Assembly (NCBI RefSeq): GCF_004010195.1
Contig: NC_057753.1
Coordinates: 1,477,420-1,511,232, forward strand
Length of the DNA: 33,813 bases
Reading direction: 5' to 3'
DNA from: Chiloscyllium plagiosum
Lineage: Eukaryota
The translations under genes were made by a program, and so were the position numbers. The notes beneath the pieces are model-generated. The model made no database searches and was not told where the DNA came from. It saw only the letters and a program-made list of their open reading frames with translations. Of this stretch, positions 11,074 to 23,254 are shown piece by piece (positions within the stretch are counted from its first letter, which is position 1; each line of letters begins with the position of its first letter).

Positions 11074-11415
11074 AGGTGACTCAGTGGTTAGCACTGCTGC
11101 CTCACAGCGCTAGGGAGGCAGGTTAGATTCCAGCCTCGGGTGACTGTCTGTATGGAGTTTGCACATCCTCCCCAAGTCTCCGTGGGTTTCCTGCGGATGT
11201 GCCGATTTCCTCCCACAATGCAAAGATTGTGCAGGTTAGGGTGAACTGGCCATGCTAAATTGCCCATAGTGTTCAGATATGCAGGTTAGGGGCATTAGTC
11301 AGGAGTAAATATATAGTAGTAGGGGTGGGGAATGGGTCTGGATGGGTTACCATTTCAGAAGGTCAGTGTGGACTTGCTGCGTCAATAGTCCATTTCCACA
11401 CTGTAGGGATTCTAT
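11074..11415 (+). mobile_element. HE1-type V-SINE, near full length
   Basis: GGTGACTCAGTGGTTAGCACTGCTGCCTCACAGC head, V-domain, CACACTGTAGGGATTCTATG tail. Confidence 0.9.
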
Positions 11416-11529
11416 GAAAGCTTCGGACTGATTTGATGCCCTTGCAGTGAATGCAGCATAAATTTCCCTGAGTGTAAACTGAACTCCAATGTTTAGTTTA
11501 TGAAAAAAGATCACACAAGAGTGACAATG

Positions 11530-12200
11530 CAACAAAGGGAGCTATTCAATCCAATGAATCCAGGCTAGCTCTCTATAGCAATCCAGTGACACCCATTCCC
11601 TTGTGTTCTCCCTGTATGCTTGCTTTATATTTTTCTCAATTGCTGGTTAAGTTTCACTTTGAAATCAATCACTGTTCACATTCACTTCCCTCAGAGTTCC
11701 AGGCATCACCATTTGCTGTGGAAATATTTTCTCATCACATCCCTGTCTGTCGGTTACTCAGAAACTTTAATCTTTCCTCATTCTGTGCACAGTCAGCTTT
11801 TGGGAAATGATTGTCTTTTGCTAACTTTAATCAGTTTATAAATCTTGTATGTCTGTGAAATCTTCTGCCACTCCCCTTTACTGAGTCCATTCTGATAAAT
11901 TACCCTCAGCATGCCATAAAGGGCACTTACACCTTTTGTTAAACTGTGACCAGAATTAGACATAGCACTTGAATTGTGGCTCACTGAGAGCTTTAGAAAC
12001 GTTCACCATTACTTTTTCCTTTTGATCTCAATAGCAATATTAATGCAGCTCAAGATCCAATTTGTTGCTGAATGAATATATCTCATGACCTTCAAAGACT
12101 TGTGTACATGAAACACCAATCTTTCAGTACCTGCTCTCTATATAAAATTGTCCCATTTGTTATATACTACCTTTTCCTACTGCTTCTGCTAAAATACGCC
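11530..12200 (-). mobile_element. Highly degraded CR1
   Basis: Residual similarity to other minus-strand CR1 3' regions, e.g. around 11940-11985. Confidence 0.45.
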
Positions 12201-13344
12201 ATCACATTTTGAAGGAGGTATTCAATGGAATTCAACGTTAGACTTTGTTCAAAGTTTTTCAGACGTGATTGGTGTCTGATAGGGGAGTTAGACAAACTCT
12301 TTCCATTGAGTTGGAAATCAAGGATGAGCAGGCCTCGTCTCAACATAGTGTTAGGTTACAGCACCTTTCCAAGTGTTTGAGATCCTGACAACTCTCTGTT
12401 GGTGCAGAAACAGCTGAACTCCATGAGGCAAAGGTTCAAAAGTGACCAACTGAGAGGTGTTCCTTGACCTCCCATTGAGCTTCACTGGAGCAGTGTAGAA
12501 GGCTAAGTACAGCGTGGGAGTGGAGCAGACTGAATAGATATTGCTCTGTGATGTCATCACACAATCTGTGCTTGCTGCTCCCAGAGTGGAGGAGATCACA
12601 TTGTGAGCTGTGGGCAAGTAATTAAATTGGGGAAAATATAATTGAATCATTGTTTGCTTTCACCTTTAAACTTTTTGAGGACAGCTGAAGAATTATCAAT
12701 TATAAAATGCAGTAAACTGATTGCCGGAATCCTAAATCCTATCCCAGCTGTAGATAAAATAAACCCCAATTTCAAACTGAATATGGGGGTTCAATCCTGG
12801 ATGTGATTAACCGCAAAATTCAACTCCTGGAGCAACTTCTGGTCTCACTGGGTCAAATGGCTGACTCCTGCTCCCACGTTTCTATAGTTCACGATATTTC
12901 TCAGCGGACTGAACAACAGATGAAATGCCTTCTGAAACATGGAGGGGGTGAATCATCCCTCTCCAGCCTGAACCTGCTGCTGAGTATCCTGGAAGTGATG
13001 CTTTTCCTGTGCAGGAGCTGCTCCAGTCCTTCTAGCTTGGTGAGTTTGAGAGGTTCTGTCAACATTCTCGTCAAACTGCGGAGAGATGAAGCCGTCTCCT
13101 TCCCCACTCCACCATCTTTGTTCTCTGACACAGTTGTCCAGACTGGGTGATGGATTCCCTTTCCTTAAGGATATTACTGAAGTAGTTGGGGTTTCACAAA
13201 AATCCAGCAGCTTTCTTGATCACATTATCCTCTTCCCAACCCTGCAAATTAACAGATTTATTCAGCTGATTTGTTCCATCCTTCTGCTGTTTTTGTGAGT
13301 TCTTAGTCACATTTCCATATTTCTGTTTGAAATTCAGTTCAAAT

Positions 13345-13714
<370 letters not shown>

Positions 13715-14269
13715 CAGCAGCGATTGAATTTTGCAGTGAATCATATTTGGAAGCGAACCTATTCCATTGGTAAGTCTTTCTGCTGATGTTAATGAACTGC
13801 ACTTCAGGTATAGGTTTCAGTTTTCTGGATAAATGTCAGCTTTGGATTAAACATAAAATATGTGAAGATTTTTAAAATATCTGTAACATATGTACATTAC
13901 TATTGAAGGGTTCTCCGTCTCCCCTGCCTCCTCCACCCTGACCTCCCACAGCATCGGTGAGGAGTTCATGAAGCTTCCTTGTCTCAGTCTCAGTGACAAT
14001 GTGATCATCCGTCTCTGCTGTGTCCTTCTCGTCCACAGGCTCACCAGGCCAAACACCCTCGCAATTTTCTCCTTGCATTATTCAGGAACTTCCATCTCAC
14101 TCCAGTTTTCTCTTGTCAGGCCCTACCAAAGCTTATCGTGACCTATTCTCACTGAACTATCGACCGTCTAACTCTTCTGTGTTCACTGATGTTGTTAATG
14201 GATTTGTCTCTCTCTCTCTTGGTTCTCCTCGTCTTCTTTAAACCCATCATCATGCAACGTAAGAGAAAG

Positions 14270-14990
14270 CAAACTTTGACTCAACCATCCTTACAAACCC
14301 TTGCCCTGTCTGCATTGTCCCTTTCCTCTCTGAAGCCACCTTTGGTGTACCCCCAAAGGATCTATCGTTGCCCTCCACCTACATGCTGCCATGAGGTGAC
14401 ACCATCCAAAAGCGCCATGTTTAGATTTTCATGTGTACGCTGACAATGCCTAGCTCTAACTCACTACCGTCTCTCTTCATTCCTTCAGCGACGCTATATT
14501 TTCAATTTCCTTACCCCATATCCAGGAGGCCATGTCTTCAGTCGTCATTATAAATTCCATCCCCTAATTAACACTCTTCACAGTCTTGCTCTCACATCTG
14601 ACCCAAGATGAACTTCCACCACATATCCACACAATCTCTAACCTTATCATTTGCCTCCTTATCTGCTGCCGAACCCCTCATCTCTGTGTATGTTGTCTTA
14701 GACTTGATAATTCCAATGCATTCGTGACCAGTCTCTCACATGTTCATGCAGCCCCAGATCTGGAAGCGTAAGATCAACCAAAACTGTGCTGCCGGCATCT
14801 CACACAAGACCCCTTCTCCCACCACCTCTGTGCTCACTGATCAACGATAATTTATATCCTTGTTATTAACACTTACTGTGGCCTTGTTCAGCTCTATCAC
14901 TGACACTTGCAATTGCATCAACTTCCAAAGGATCTGTCCTTGTCTCATGTTGACCCCTTTAGTCCCCCCCCGATTTTAATTTTTTCAGTA
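14270..14990 (+). mobile_element. Degraded L2 LINE, RT region (possibly extending upstream to about 13910)
   Basis: Frameshifted GVPQGSI..YMLP.GDTI..FHVYAD near 14344-14450 and RLDNSNA near 14700. Confidence 0.7.
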
Positions 14991-15029
14991 GTGGTGTCTA
15001 CGCGTGTGTGGGAAACTCTGAAATTTCTT

Positions 15030-15580
15030 TGTGGCTGTACAGGATCTTGGTATGGCCACTTTTGCAATACTGCATTCAGTCTCCCTGCGATAGGAAAAAC
15101 ACTGTTAAACTTGAAAGGGTGCAGAAAAGGTTTACAAGGATGTTGCTAGGTATGAGCTGTTAAGAGCGGCTGAGTAGGATGGGGCTGTTTTTCCTGAAGG
15201 GTTGGAAGCTGAAGGATGACCTTATCGGGATTTATGAAATCATGTGGGGCATGGATAGAGGGAATAGCCAAGGTCTTTTTCCCAGGGCAGGGGAGTCCAA
15301 ACAATAGAGGGCATAGGGTTAAGATGAAAGGCAAAAGATTTAAAAGGGGCCTAAGGGGCAATGTTTTTACACACAAGGTTATGGAATCAGCTGCCAGAGG
15401 AAGCAGTGGAGGCTACCATTGCATTTAGAAGGCATCTGGATGGGTGTCTGAATCTGAAGTGTTTAGAAAGATATGGGTCAAATGCTGCGAAATGGGACAA
15501 GATTAATTTAGATATCTGGGCGGCATGGACGAGTTGGACCAAATGTTGAGTTTCCATGCTGTGCAACTCAATGACTCTCT
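15030..15580 (+). mobile_element. CR1/HER1 3' fragment
   Basis: KLERVQKRFTRML..RGNVF..LWNQLPEEAVEA. Confidence 0.88.
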
Positions 15581-15699
15581 CTTAAATAAGGATACTTGCT
15601 GAAAATGGCATCGCCAATAAGCACCTTTCTAATGTCACTTTCATTGACTCGGTGTCAAATGTTTCTACTCTGAAGCTTGGGAAATTTTATTGCACTTTT

Positions 15700-15958
15700 G
15701 AGATGTGTAAACTTTGGAGGTGCATAGACAGGGTTGAAGGAAAAAAGCTTTACCCACCAGGTGGAGGAATCAATGATGACAGTCAAGGGGCAAGAGTTTT
15801 AGAGGGCATGTGAGGAACTTGGTTTTGAACCTGAGGGCAATGGGAATCTGGAACTTGCTACCTGTTAGGTGCGGTAGAGGCAGAACATTTAAGAACTATT
15901 CAAATGTACAGCTGCAATGTCAACGCATGCAAGGTGATGTGCCAAGCGCAAGTAGCTA
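15700..15958 (+). mobile_element. Degraded CR1 3' fragment
   Basis: GGCAAGAGTTTTAGAGGG..GGAATCTGGAAC..GGTAGAGGCAG..ACATTTAAG. Confidence 0.6.
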
Positions 15959-15959
15959 A

Positions 15960-16245
15960 TTAGATTCCCTATAGTGTGGAAACAGGCCCTTCAGCCCAAC
16001 CCGACCCTCCGAAGAGAAACCCACCCAGACCCATTTTCCCTCTGACTAAAGCACCTAACACTGTGGGCAATTTAGCATGGCCAATTCACCTGACCTGCAC
16101 ATCTTCGGATTGTGGGAGGAAACCGTAGCAAACCCACGCAGAAATGGGGAGAACGTGCAAACTCCACACAGACAGTTGCCCGCCGCTGGAATTGAACCTG
16201 GGACCCTGGTGCTGTGAGGCAGCAGTGCTAACCACTGACCCACCG
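15960..16245 (-). mobile_element. HE1-type V-SINE
   Basis: Near full-length reverse complement copy. Confidence 0.9.
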
Positions 16246-16887
16246 TGAAGATGTGAGTTCACTGCACTTTTAAGAGAATGAAAAGCGAACATAACTACGT
16301 GACGGCACTAAACATTCTGAACAAGATATCATGTAACCTTTTGATCCAGCAGCTCATGTAGCTAGTTGCCTGGAGACAAAAATAAATTTGAATTCAGCCA
16401 ATCACTTTAAATTATGTCCCCCCCAAAAAATACCAAACTCCAATCAAGTTTGAATTCAGCATATTGACAATATTAAAACCAATGACACAATCTGAGGCTT
16501 TGGGAGCAGAAGATCAGGAAGAATTAAACACAGAACTCTGTGAAAGGTACCTGTCCAGAGAGTTTGCACAGAGGAAAAAGAACGTCACCTACCTGGAGAG
16601 CAAATCTACAGAGGAAGATACAATAGGTGGCTGGTTTTAAACTTTGAATTTTGGTAAATCTTAATCAGGGGTTTTATCGGACTACTACTGTAGAAGAGGA
16701 AGGTAAAAGATAGGTTAGAGAAAGGAGTTTGGAATAGTTGTTAGTTATTATTATCTGTGATACTTTAAGAAATAATGTTAATTTTTACTTTAAATAGTTC
16801 TTGGCTTCTCAAATTTTCACAGATTACTGCACCTTGTCTGTTTTGCTGGTTGAAATTAAGCAGAAGGGTTTACCCTGTGACGTAACA
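16246..16887 (+). mobile_element. Solo-LTR-like repeat
   Basis: 5' end matches 8980-9111. Contains CCAAT boxes. Ends CGTAACA, inverted-complementary to the TGTTATG start of the other copy. Confidence 0.6.
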
Positions 16888-16951
16888 TGAAGTAATTGCT
16901 TTTTAACTGTTGCAGACTCGATAGGCCACCTCAGTATCACAAACTTTCCCC

Positions 16952-17080
16952 ATTCCTGAAGAAGGGCTTATGCCTGAAACGTCGATTCTCCTGTTCCCTG
17001 GATGCTGCCTGACCTGCTGCGCTTTTCCAGCAACACATTTCCAGCTCTGATCTCCAGCATCTGCAGACCTCACTTTCTCC
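16952..17080 (+). mobile_element. Short hammerhead-bearing element, family A (long form)
   Basis: ATTCCTGAAGAAGGGCTTATGCCTGAAACGTCGA. CCACCTCAGTATCA duplicated at 16926-16939 and 17079-17092. Confidence 0.85.
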
Positions 17081-17984
17081 ACCTCAGTATCAACGTGCCA
17101 GTGTCTTTCCAGTTCATCTAAACCATTTCCTACAGTCACCACATTTTTCCGGACTCTCCTCACTGTGACACTCTTGTGTCTGGAGTGGCCAGATGGTCAA
17201 CTGAAACCTCATGCTCTAGCTATGGTTTCATCCGACTGTGAACAGTGGTGTTTCCTTCCAAGTTCAACATCTGACGGAATTTCAATTATGATAAATCTGA
17301 CAAATCGTCCTGATCCTGTTGTGATGTTTAGTTTCAGTTTCCCGAATACAAATCTTTGTTTTCAGCGTCTGATTTAATTGAATGAAAATGGCAGAAAGGT
17401 GAGAGAGAGAGAGGCACAAAAAATGCAAAGGTAGGTTGTAAATTTTGGGGGGGGGTGGAGAGAAAAATAACGTACTGTGATGTTGAAATTGCTTCCTTGT
17501 CTTTCCTTCCATTATACTGTCACTCTGCCTCATTAATCAGATATTGGTAATGAAAGGCGAATGCAGCTCGATGGACAAGTTTTCTTCATTCTGAACAATG
17601 GCGGAAAGCTCCTCCCATCTTTCCAAACATGGCTGCCTCCAGAAATGGTGGCCGCACATGAATAATTTCGACCTGTGCCCCCAATAGAGATGGTGACCAA
17701 TCCCCAGGCCTTTCTCTGGGGAAGAAACCTGGAGTCGTTGTCCCATTTCACTGCAAGCAGAGGACCGACAGGGGTTTGCGGGTGACAGAAAATATTTTGA
17801 AAGCCAGTCCGCCATCCATTGGCTGATCCATTGCTTACTCCGATCCCCCTCATTCTCAGCCTCTGTGGAGTTGAAAAACTGACCACTGACAACCTGGTGA
17901 AGGATTAGGATGACGTATGTGGTTCACGGTAACTAGTAGTGGACAGGAACTATGCATGCTCCAACTCACAACAGGGATGAATGG

Positions 17985-18200
17985 AATAGATTTAATGTCA
18001 TGTGTTCACATGAGTACAGTGAAACGTTTACAAGTTACCACTTACAGAGCCATACTAGGTAACAGGGTACCTAGGTACAGATTATCCAGTACAAATTCAC
18101 AGGGGAAAGAAATAGAAGGTCCCGCATTATAGATCTTCAAAATTACAAAATGATTGAAATAAATTAGAAAAATAAAGAAATAAAAAGTTCAGAAGAAAAG
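17985..18200 (-). mobile_element. 3' tail of an unclassified non-LTR element
   Basis: Minus strand ends TTTCACTGTACTC..ATGACATTAAATCTATTC, a LINE-like tail. Confidence 0.35.
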
Positions 18201-18479
18201 TCTTCCCATGATCATTCAATAAAGAACAAGGATCCATGCTGATTGAGGGCGGCTCCACATCAATAGGAAGAGAGGGGGCAGGAGTGGGTGACCACTTGGG
18301 AGTAGCTGGTACTCAACTAATCAAAATTAATGAGGGGCAGGGCTGAAGGACAGTGAGAGTGTAGCTGGTCATCCAATCAAGGGGAGTGAATAAGCAGCAG
18401 GCCCAATCATTCCTTGACCTTTTCTGCCCTGAGGAGGATGACCTCACCTGATCTTTCTTGTTCCCCAGTATGATGTGGG

Positions 18480-18990
18480 TTGGACCAGCGTTTATTGCCC
18501 ATCTCTCTAGTTGCCCTTGAGAAAGTGGCAGTGAGCTGCCTTCTGGAACCGCTGCAGTCCATGTTCTGTAACTAGATTTATAATGCCCTGAGAGAGGGAA
18601 TTCTAGGATTTTGACCCAGTGACAATGAAGGAATGGAAACAACTTTCCAATTCAGGATGGGGAGTGGTTCAGATGGGAACTTGTGGGTGGTTGTGTTCTC
18701 ATATCGACCAGCCTTGTATTTTGAGACAAAAAGTGCTCAGGACTTGGATGGTGCTGTCTTAGGATTTTTGGTAAATTCCTGCACTGCATCTTGTAGGTAG
18801 TATGTGCTATTGCTATTTGGTATTGGTGGTAGAGGGAGTGGATACTTGTGCATGTGGTGCTAATGAATTCAGCTGCTTTGTCCTGGATGGTGTCAGGTGT
18901 CTTGAGCATTATTGGAGCTGTACTTTTCCAGGCAAGTAGGGCATTTTCCACCGCACTCTGACCTGTGCCTTGTAGATGGTGGACATTCCC
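18480..18990 (-). mobile_element. Second CR1-group LINE family, 3' end
   Basis: STIYKAQVR..LAWKSTAPIMLKTPDTIQDKAA. Homologous to 3830-4321. Confidence 0.8.
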
Positions 18991-19059
18991 TGCCTACTTT
19001 CAAGTCATCAAAACATGTAGCACCGATATTGTCATTCTATTTGTTGAAGTTATTGATAT

Positions 19060-19800
19060 GAATTGTAAGAAAATTGAGGTCCCAGTACTGATCCCTATGT
19101 CACTTCACTGCTGACCAACATGAAAATCATCCAGCTATGTCTACTCTCTGCTCCCTGTTATCTAATCAATCCTGTATTCAGGTTAATATCACGCTCTTCC
19201 TTAGAAGCTTTTTGTGTCATCACCTTTTAAAATGTCACTTAGAAATCTCACACAATTGGGAGGTACATTTTGCCCGTATTGATTCCTCAAGGATCACTAA
19301 TAAATTTCTCAATTGCTATTTCCCTTAGTAAAACCTTAGACTCTGCTGCTTGCATTTTGATTTTCTAAGCGTCCTTCTCTAACTTCCTGAACAGATTCTA
19401 ACAACCTCTCTGAAATACATATCAGGTTCAGAAGACCGTTGATTGCTGCTTGCTGTCTCTTGATTAGAGGAATTATATTTGTGATTTTCAAAATTGATGG
19501 GATCTTCACGGAATTGTGAATATTTTGGAAAATTAGGACTAGGGCATGTAGAATCTCCACAGCTACCATGTCTCAGATCTCAAGATGCAGGCTCTCAGGT
19601 TCTGGGTACATGTCAACCTTTAGTCCTAATCATGATCTCGGTATCCTTTCCTTGATGATTGTGATTCTTTCAACTTTCTCGCTCCCTTTCATGCCTTGAT
19701 TTGCTGTTATGTTTGTGATGTTATTTATATACAATGCAGACACCTAAAAATATCTGCTCAACATTTCTGTCAATTCTTTAATACCCAATATTCATTCCCA
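19060..19800 (-). mobile_element. Degraded CR1 ORF2
   Basis: EILHALVLIFQN..IPSILKITNIIPLIK (cf. VPEDWRLANVVPLFK). Confidence 0.65.
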
Positions 19801-20069
19801 AACTCATCCCGTAGAAGAATAATACACTTTTCATTTTAGAACACTAGCAGAACCTCGATTTTCATATTTCTAGCTAGTTTATCTCATACACCCACATCAA
19901 TTATTTTTTAATTTGATTTAAATTTTTGTTAAATTCATTCTTATCTTCATACAGTTATAACTTTCTTTTAATTTTATGCGCTCTTAGTTTGGTACAGATG
20001 TGCAGCGTTCTCCTAGAAACTCTCTTTCACACTGGAAAGTAACTTTGCAGGATGTAATGAAATATCTTG

Positions 20070-20356
20070 GGGTGTGGCTCAGTAGTTAGCACCGTTGCCT
20101 CACAGCACCAGGGTCCCAGGTTCAATTCCAGCCTCGGGTGACTGTCTGTGTGGAGTTTGCACGTTCTCCCCGTGTCTGCGTGGGTTTCCTCCCATAGTCC
20201 AAAGATGTGCAGGCCAGGTGAATTGTTCATGCTAAATTGCCCAAAGTGTTAGGTGCATTAGGCAGAGGGAAATAGGTCTGGGTGGGTTACTCTTCGGAGG
20301 GTCGGTGTGGACTGGTTGGGCCGAAGGGCCTGTTTCCCCACTGTAGGGAACCTAAT
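20070..20356 (+). mobile_element. HE1-type V-SINE
   Basis: Head with A/B-box-like motifs, V-domain and tail. Confidence 0.92.
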
Positions 20357-20687
20357 CTTCTTAAACATCTGACACTATGTCTCATTCAGTCACCCAGGAA
20401 ATTCATTCCGCAGTTCAGTTTAATCACTTATGTCTTCATACCCTGGCCCTCGCCTTTATTTGACTTCCCAAATCTAGTCTTAGACTGACTTTTCTCTCCC
20501 TAAACATGAATGGGAAATTCCATCTTGCAGTGATGACTGTTACTGAGAGGCTGCTTCATTATGAAGACATTAAATCAGGTCACGCTTGGACAGAAAAATC
20601 CAATCACTGCATTTACTTGTGAACTTGCTGCATCTCAATGGGTGGGACAACTGAGTGAATTCCTTCCCACACGCAAAGCAGGTGCTG

Positions 20688-20884
20688 TGTGAGCATGCTG
20701 ATGTGTCAGCAGAGTGACTAACACAGTGAGTCCCTCACACACTCTGGACAGGTTAATGGTGGTTTGTGATCATGCTGATGTGTCAGCAGACAGACTAACA
20801 CAGTGAGTCCCTCACACACTCTGGACAGGTTAATGGTGGTTTGTGAGCATGCTGATGTGTCAGCAGAGTGGCTAACAGAGTGAA
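20688..20884. repeat. 77-bp tandem repeat of a zinc-finger unit (about 2.5 copies)
   Basis: CATGCTGATGTGTCAGCAGA recurs at 20694, 20771 and 20848. Confidence 0.93.
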
Positions 20885-21541
20885 TTCTTTGCCACACTCA
20901 GGGCAGGTGAAAGGCCCCTTCCCAGTTTGAACGTCCTGGTCTGATAGCAGCTTGGATGAATGAGTAAATTCCTTCCCACACTTGGAACATATGAACAGTC
21001 TCTCCCCAGCGTGAACCCGCTGGTGACTCAGCAGGGAGAATAACTCAGCGAATCCCTTCCCACACTCAGGACAGGCCAGTTGTTTCGGCTGAGTATGAAT
21101 TTTCTGGTGTTTCAGCAATCTGGATCCCCGAGTGAATTCTTTCCCACACTTGGAGCAGGAGAATGTTTCCCCAGTGTGAGTTCGCTGGTGTACAGAGAGA
21201 TGGGATGATCGCCTGAAACGACTCCCACAGTGAGAACATCTGAATGGCCTTTCATCAGTGTGAACACGTTGATGGGACAGCAGGTTCCCAGTACTTTTAA
21301 AGCACATCCCACAGTCTGGACATTTAAAAGGTCTCTCATCGGTGTGAACCCGCTGGTGTCTCAGTAGGTCAGATGACAAGGCAAATCTCTTCCCACAAAC
21401 AGAGCAAAAGAATGGCTTCTCGCCAGTGTGAGTACGTCGGTGGGTTTCCAGCTGAGATGGATATCTGAATCCTACTTTGCAGTCCACACATTTCCATGGT
21501 TTGTCGCCAGTGAGCTTATCAACACTGTTTTCTCCATCCAT
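20795..21541 (-). CDS. Tandem C2H2 (Kruppel-type) zinc-finger protein, 248 aa from first in-frame ATG
   Basis: Open frame with CxxC-x12-HxxxH units and TGEKP/TDERP linkers. Fingers 1-6 and 8 intact, finger 7 lacks both His, finger 9 is truncated by a frameshift. No effector domain seen. Acceptor TTTCACAG at 21632-21633. Confidence 0.88.
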   Translation of the reverse strand: MDGENSVDKLTGDKPWKCVDCKVGFRYPSQLETHRRTHTGEKPFFCSVCGKRFALSSDLLRHQRVHTDERPFKCPDCGMCFKSTGNLLSHQRVHTDERPFRCSHCGSRFRRSSHLSVHQRTHTGETFSCSKCGKEFTRGSRLLKHQKIHTQPKQLACPECGKGFAELFSLLSHQRVHAGERLFICSKCGKEFTHSSKLLSDQDVQTGKGPFTCPECGKEFTLLATLLTHQHAHKPPLTCPECVRDSLC

Positions 21542-21779
21542 ACTCAAGATTCTTATCAGGCTATGGTAAATTCAGCAACTTTGTCAGCTCTGATGTGACG
21601 TTTGCGTTGTAAATCCTCCATCTTAAATGTTCTGTGAAATTGAATTAAAGCATAAAAAAGAAACTGAAAGAGAACTCTTGAGAGAAAACAGGCAGGTTGT
21701 GCAATTAACTGAATGAATGTAGTAACTTGTGGGGCAGTACATTGAACTCTCCTGAAGTGTTGAGACATCCAAAACTTTG

Positions 21780-22225
21780 CTGCTTATGGACTATCACCAA
21801 GTCTTGTTCACCCAGCACCCTGTGCACAATGATCGACAAAGGTGATTAATAAGTACCAAAACTTAAAATTGCTCATCCCAGCTTTCCTTCATAGTTGTCA
21901 TCATCCTATCTCTAATCTCTGTACTGGAGTATCTTTGTGCTCATCAAGTTTAGGCCATTTCAGCATTCCCAGTTTTAATTGCAACTTACTTGGTGGCTTT
22001 TCCAGGCCTCAAGCCCTGGAATTTCCTTCCTAAACCTCTCCAACTCTAACTCAAATTTCTCTTAAGATATTTATTAATGTTACCTCTCAGATTAAGCTTT
22101 TAGTCACTTGCTCTAACATCTCCTAATGTGGCTCAGTATTAAGTTCTGCTGTCTAACGTTTGTGTGAAATTCCTTGGATTGTTTTATTATTTGAAAAGCA
22201 CTGTACAAGAACAAATCATTGTTGC
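21780..22225 (+). mobile_element. Degraded L2-type 3' end, intronic
   Basis: CCCTGGAATTTCCTTCCTAAACCTCTC..GTGAAATTCCTTGGATTGTTTTATTAT..TGTTG resembles an L2 tail. Confidence 0.55.
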
Positions 22226-22565
22226 TGACTTGGACATACAATAATGATTCTTCATCATTACTGAGAAAGTAGCTGGTAAATCTTTTACATGCAGCATTGT
22301 GGGAACACCTTCACCACACAGACTGTAATAGTTGAATAAAGATCAACTTCCCAGAGCCAACTGGGAACTGAAAATATCTTCCATCTTGCTTGTGATGTAC
22401 AAATGCAAAGAATAACCTTTAAAATGGATTCAAAACATTTATAAGAAATATCTGGCTGAGTCAAGCACTCACTGATCACAAGAAAGCTACAAAACAGAGA
22501 TCTATGTTTATGGGTAAGAAGGTGTGAGGAAGAAATTTTATGAGTGCTAATATCTTTGAACTTAC

Positions 22566-22663
22566 GTTCAAAAGCCGATAAGACTCAGGTTGACTGATCC
22601 TGGCAGCATTCGATGTGATGCCTGTTTGAAATTTCCTGCCCTCAAAAATCCTCTTTCAATATT
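22566..22663 (-). other. Predicted 98-nt non-coding exon 2 of ZNF gene
   Basis: Acceptor TTTACTTTCACAG at 22664-22665 and donor GTAAGT at 22560-22565. Stops in all three frames. Confidence 0.55.
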
Positions 22664-22736
22664 CTGTGAAAGTAAATTGCAAAGTTATCACTGTCAGTCC
22701 AGGATAAGAAATGTGAAGAGCCAAACACTTCAATCA

Positions 22737-22963
22737 TTGAATCCCTTTAGTGCAGTTGAGGCCATTTGGTCCATTGAGTTTGCACCGACTCTCCAAAGCT
22801 CATCTCACCCAATCCCCGTAATCCAAAATTCACCGTGGCTAATCCACCTAGCCTACACATCTGTGGACTGTTGAAAGAAACTGGTGCATCCAGAGGTAAC
22901 TCATGCAGACATGGGTAGAACATATGAATTCCACACAGACAGTCCCAGGTGCTATGAGGGAGC
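22737..22963 (-). mobile_element. Degraded HE1 V-SINE
   Basis: CCACACAGACAGTC, GGTGCATCCAGAGGTAAC and tail-like sequence. Confidence 0.75.
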
Positions 22964-23254
22964 ACTTCTCCTAGTTTGCTGTGTGCAAATCGTACCAGCC
23001 TCAACCCCTGTAAAATGGCACTCCAACATGTATTCCAGTAGGAATTCACAATAATCCCTCCTCCCGACGCAGGATGGCCCCACGTGTTGCCAGCTGCACG
23101 CTATCCTCTTTGCAGGAATCACCTGTATTCAGCATTGTGAATCTCTGTGCTGGACCTTCATGCGGCTGAATAAAGCCTTTGGACTCGTGGTGCAGGACGA
23201 ACCATGAGGTAGCAGGAAAGCAGAACTTGCTTCCTTTTGTGCAACCCCGCACCG

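Noticed and set aside
11074..11140. tRNA gene
   Set aside because: tRNA-derived SINE head that continues into the V-domain. The same applies to all other HE1 copies
13847..14443. Cluster of overlapping ORFs as an exon
   Set aside because: Pyrimidine-rich sequence adjoining and probably part of the decayed L2. No recognisable protein
21542..21547. Track start of the ZNF ORF at 21547
   Set aside because: It is a TTG codon. The first in-frame ATG is at 21541
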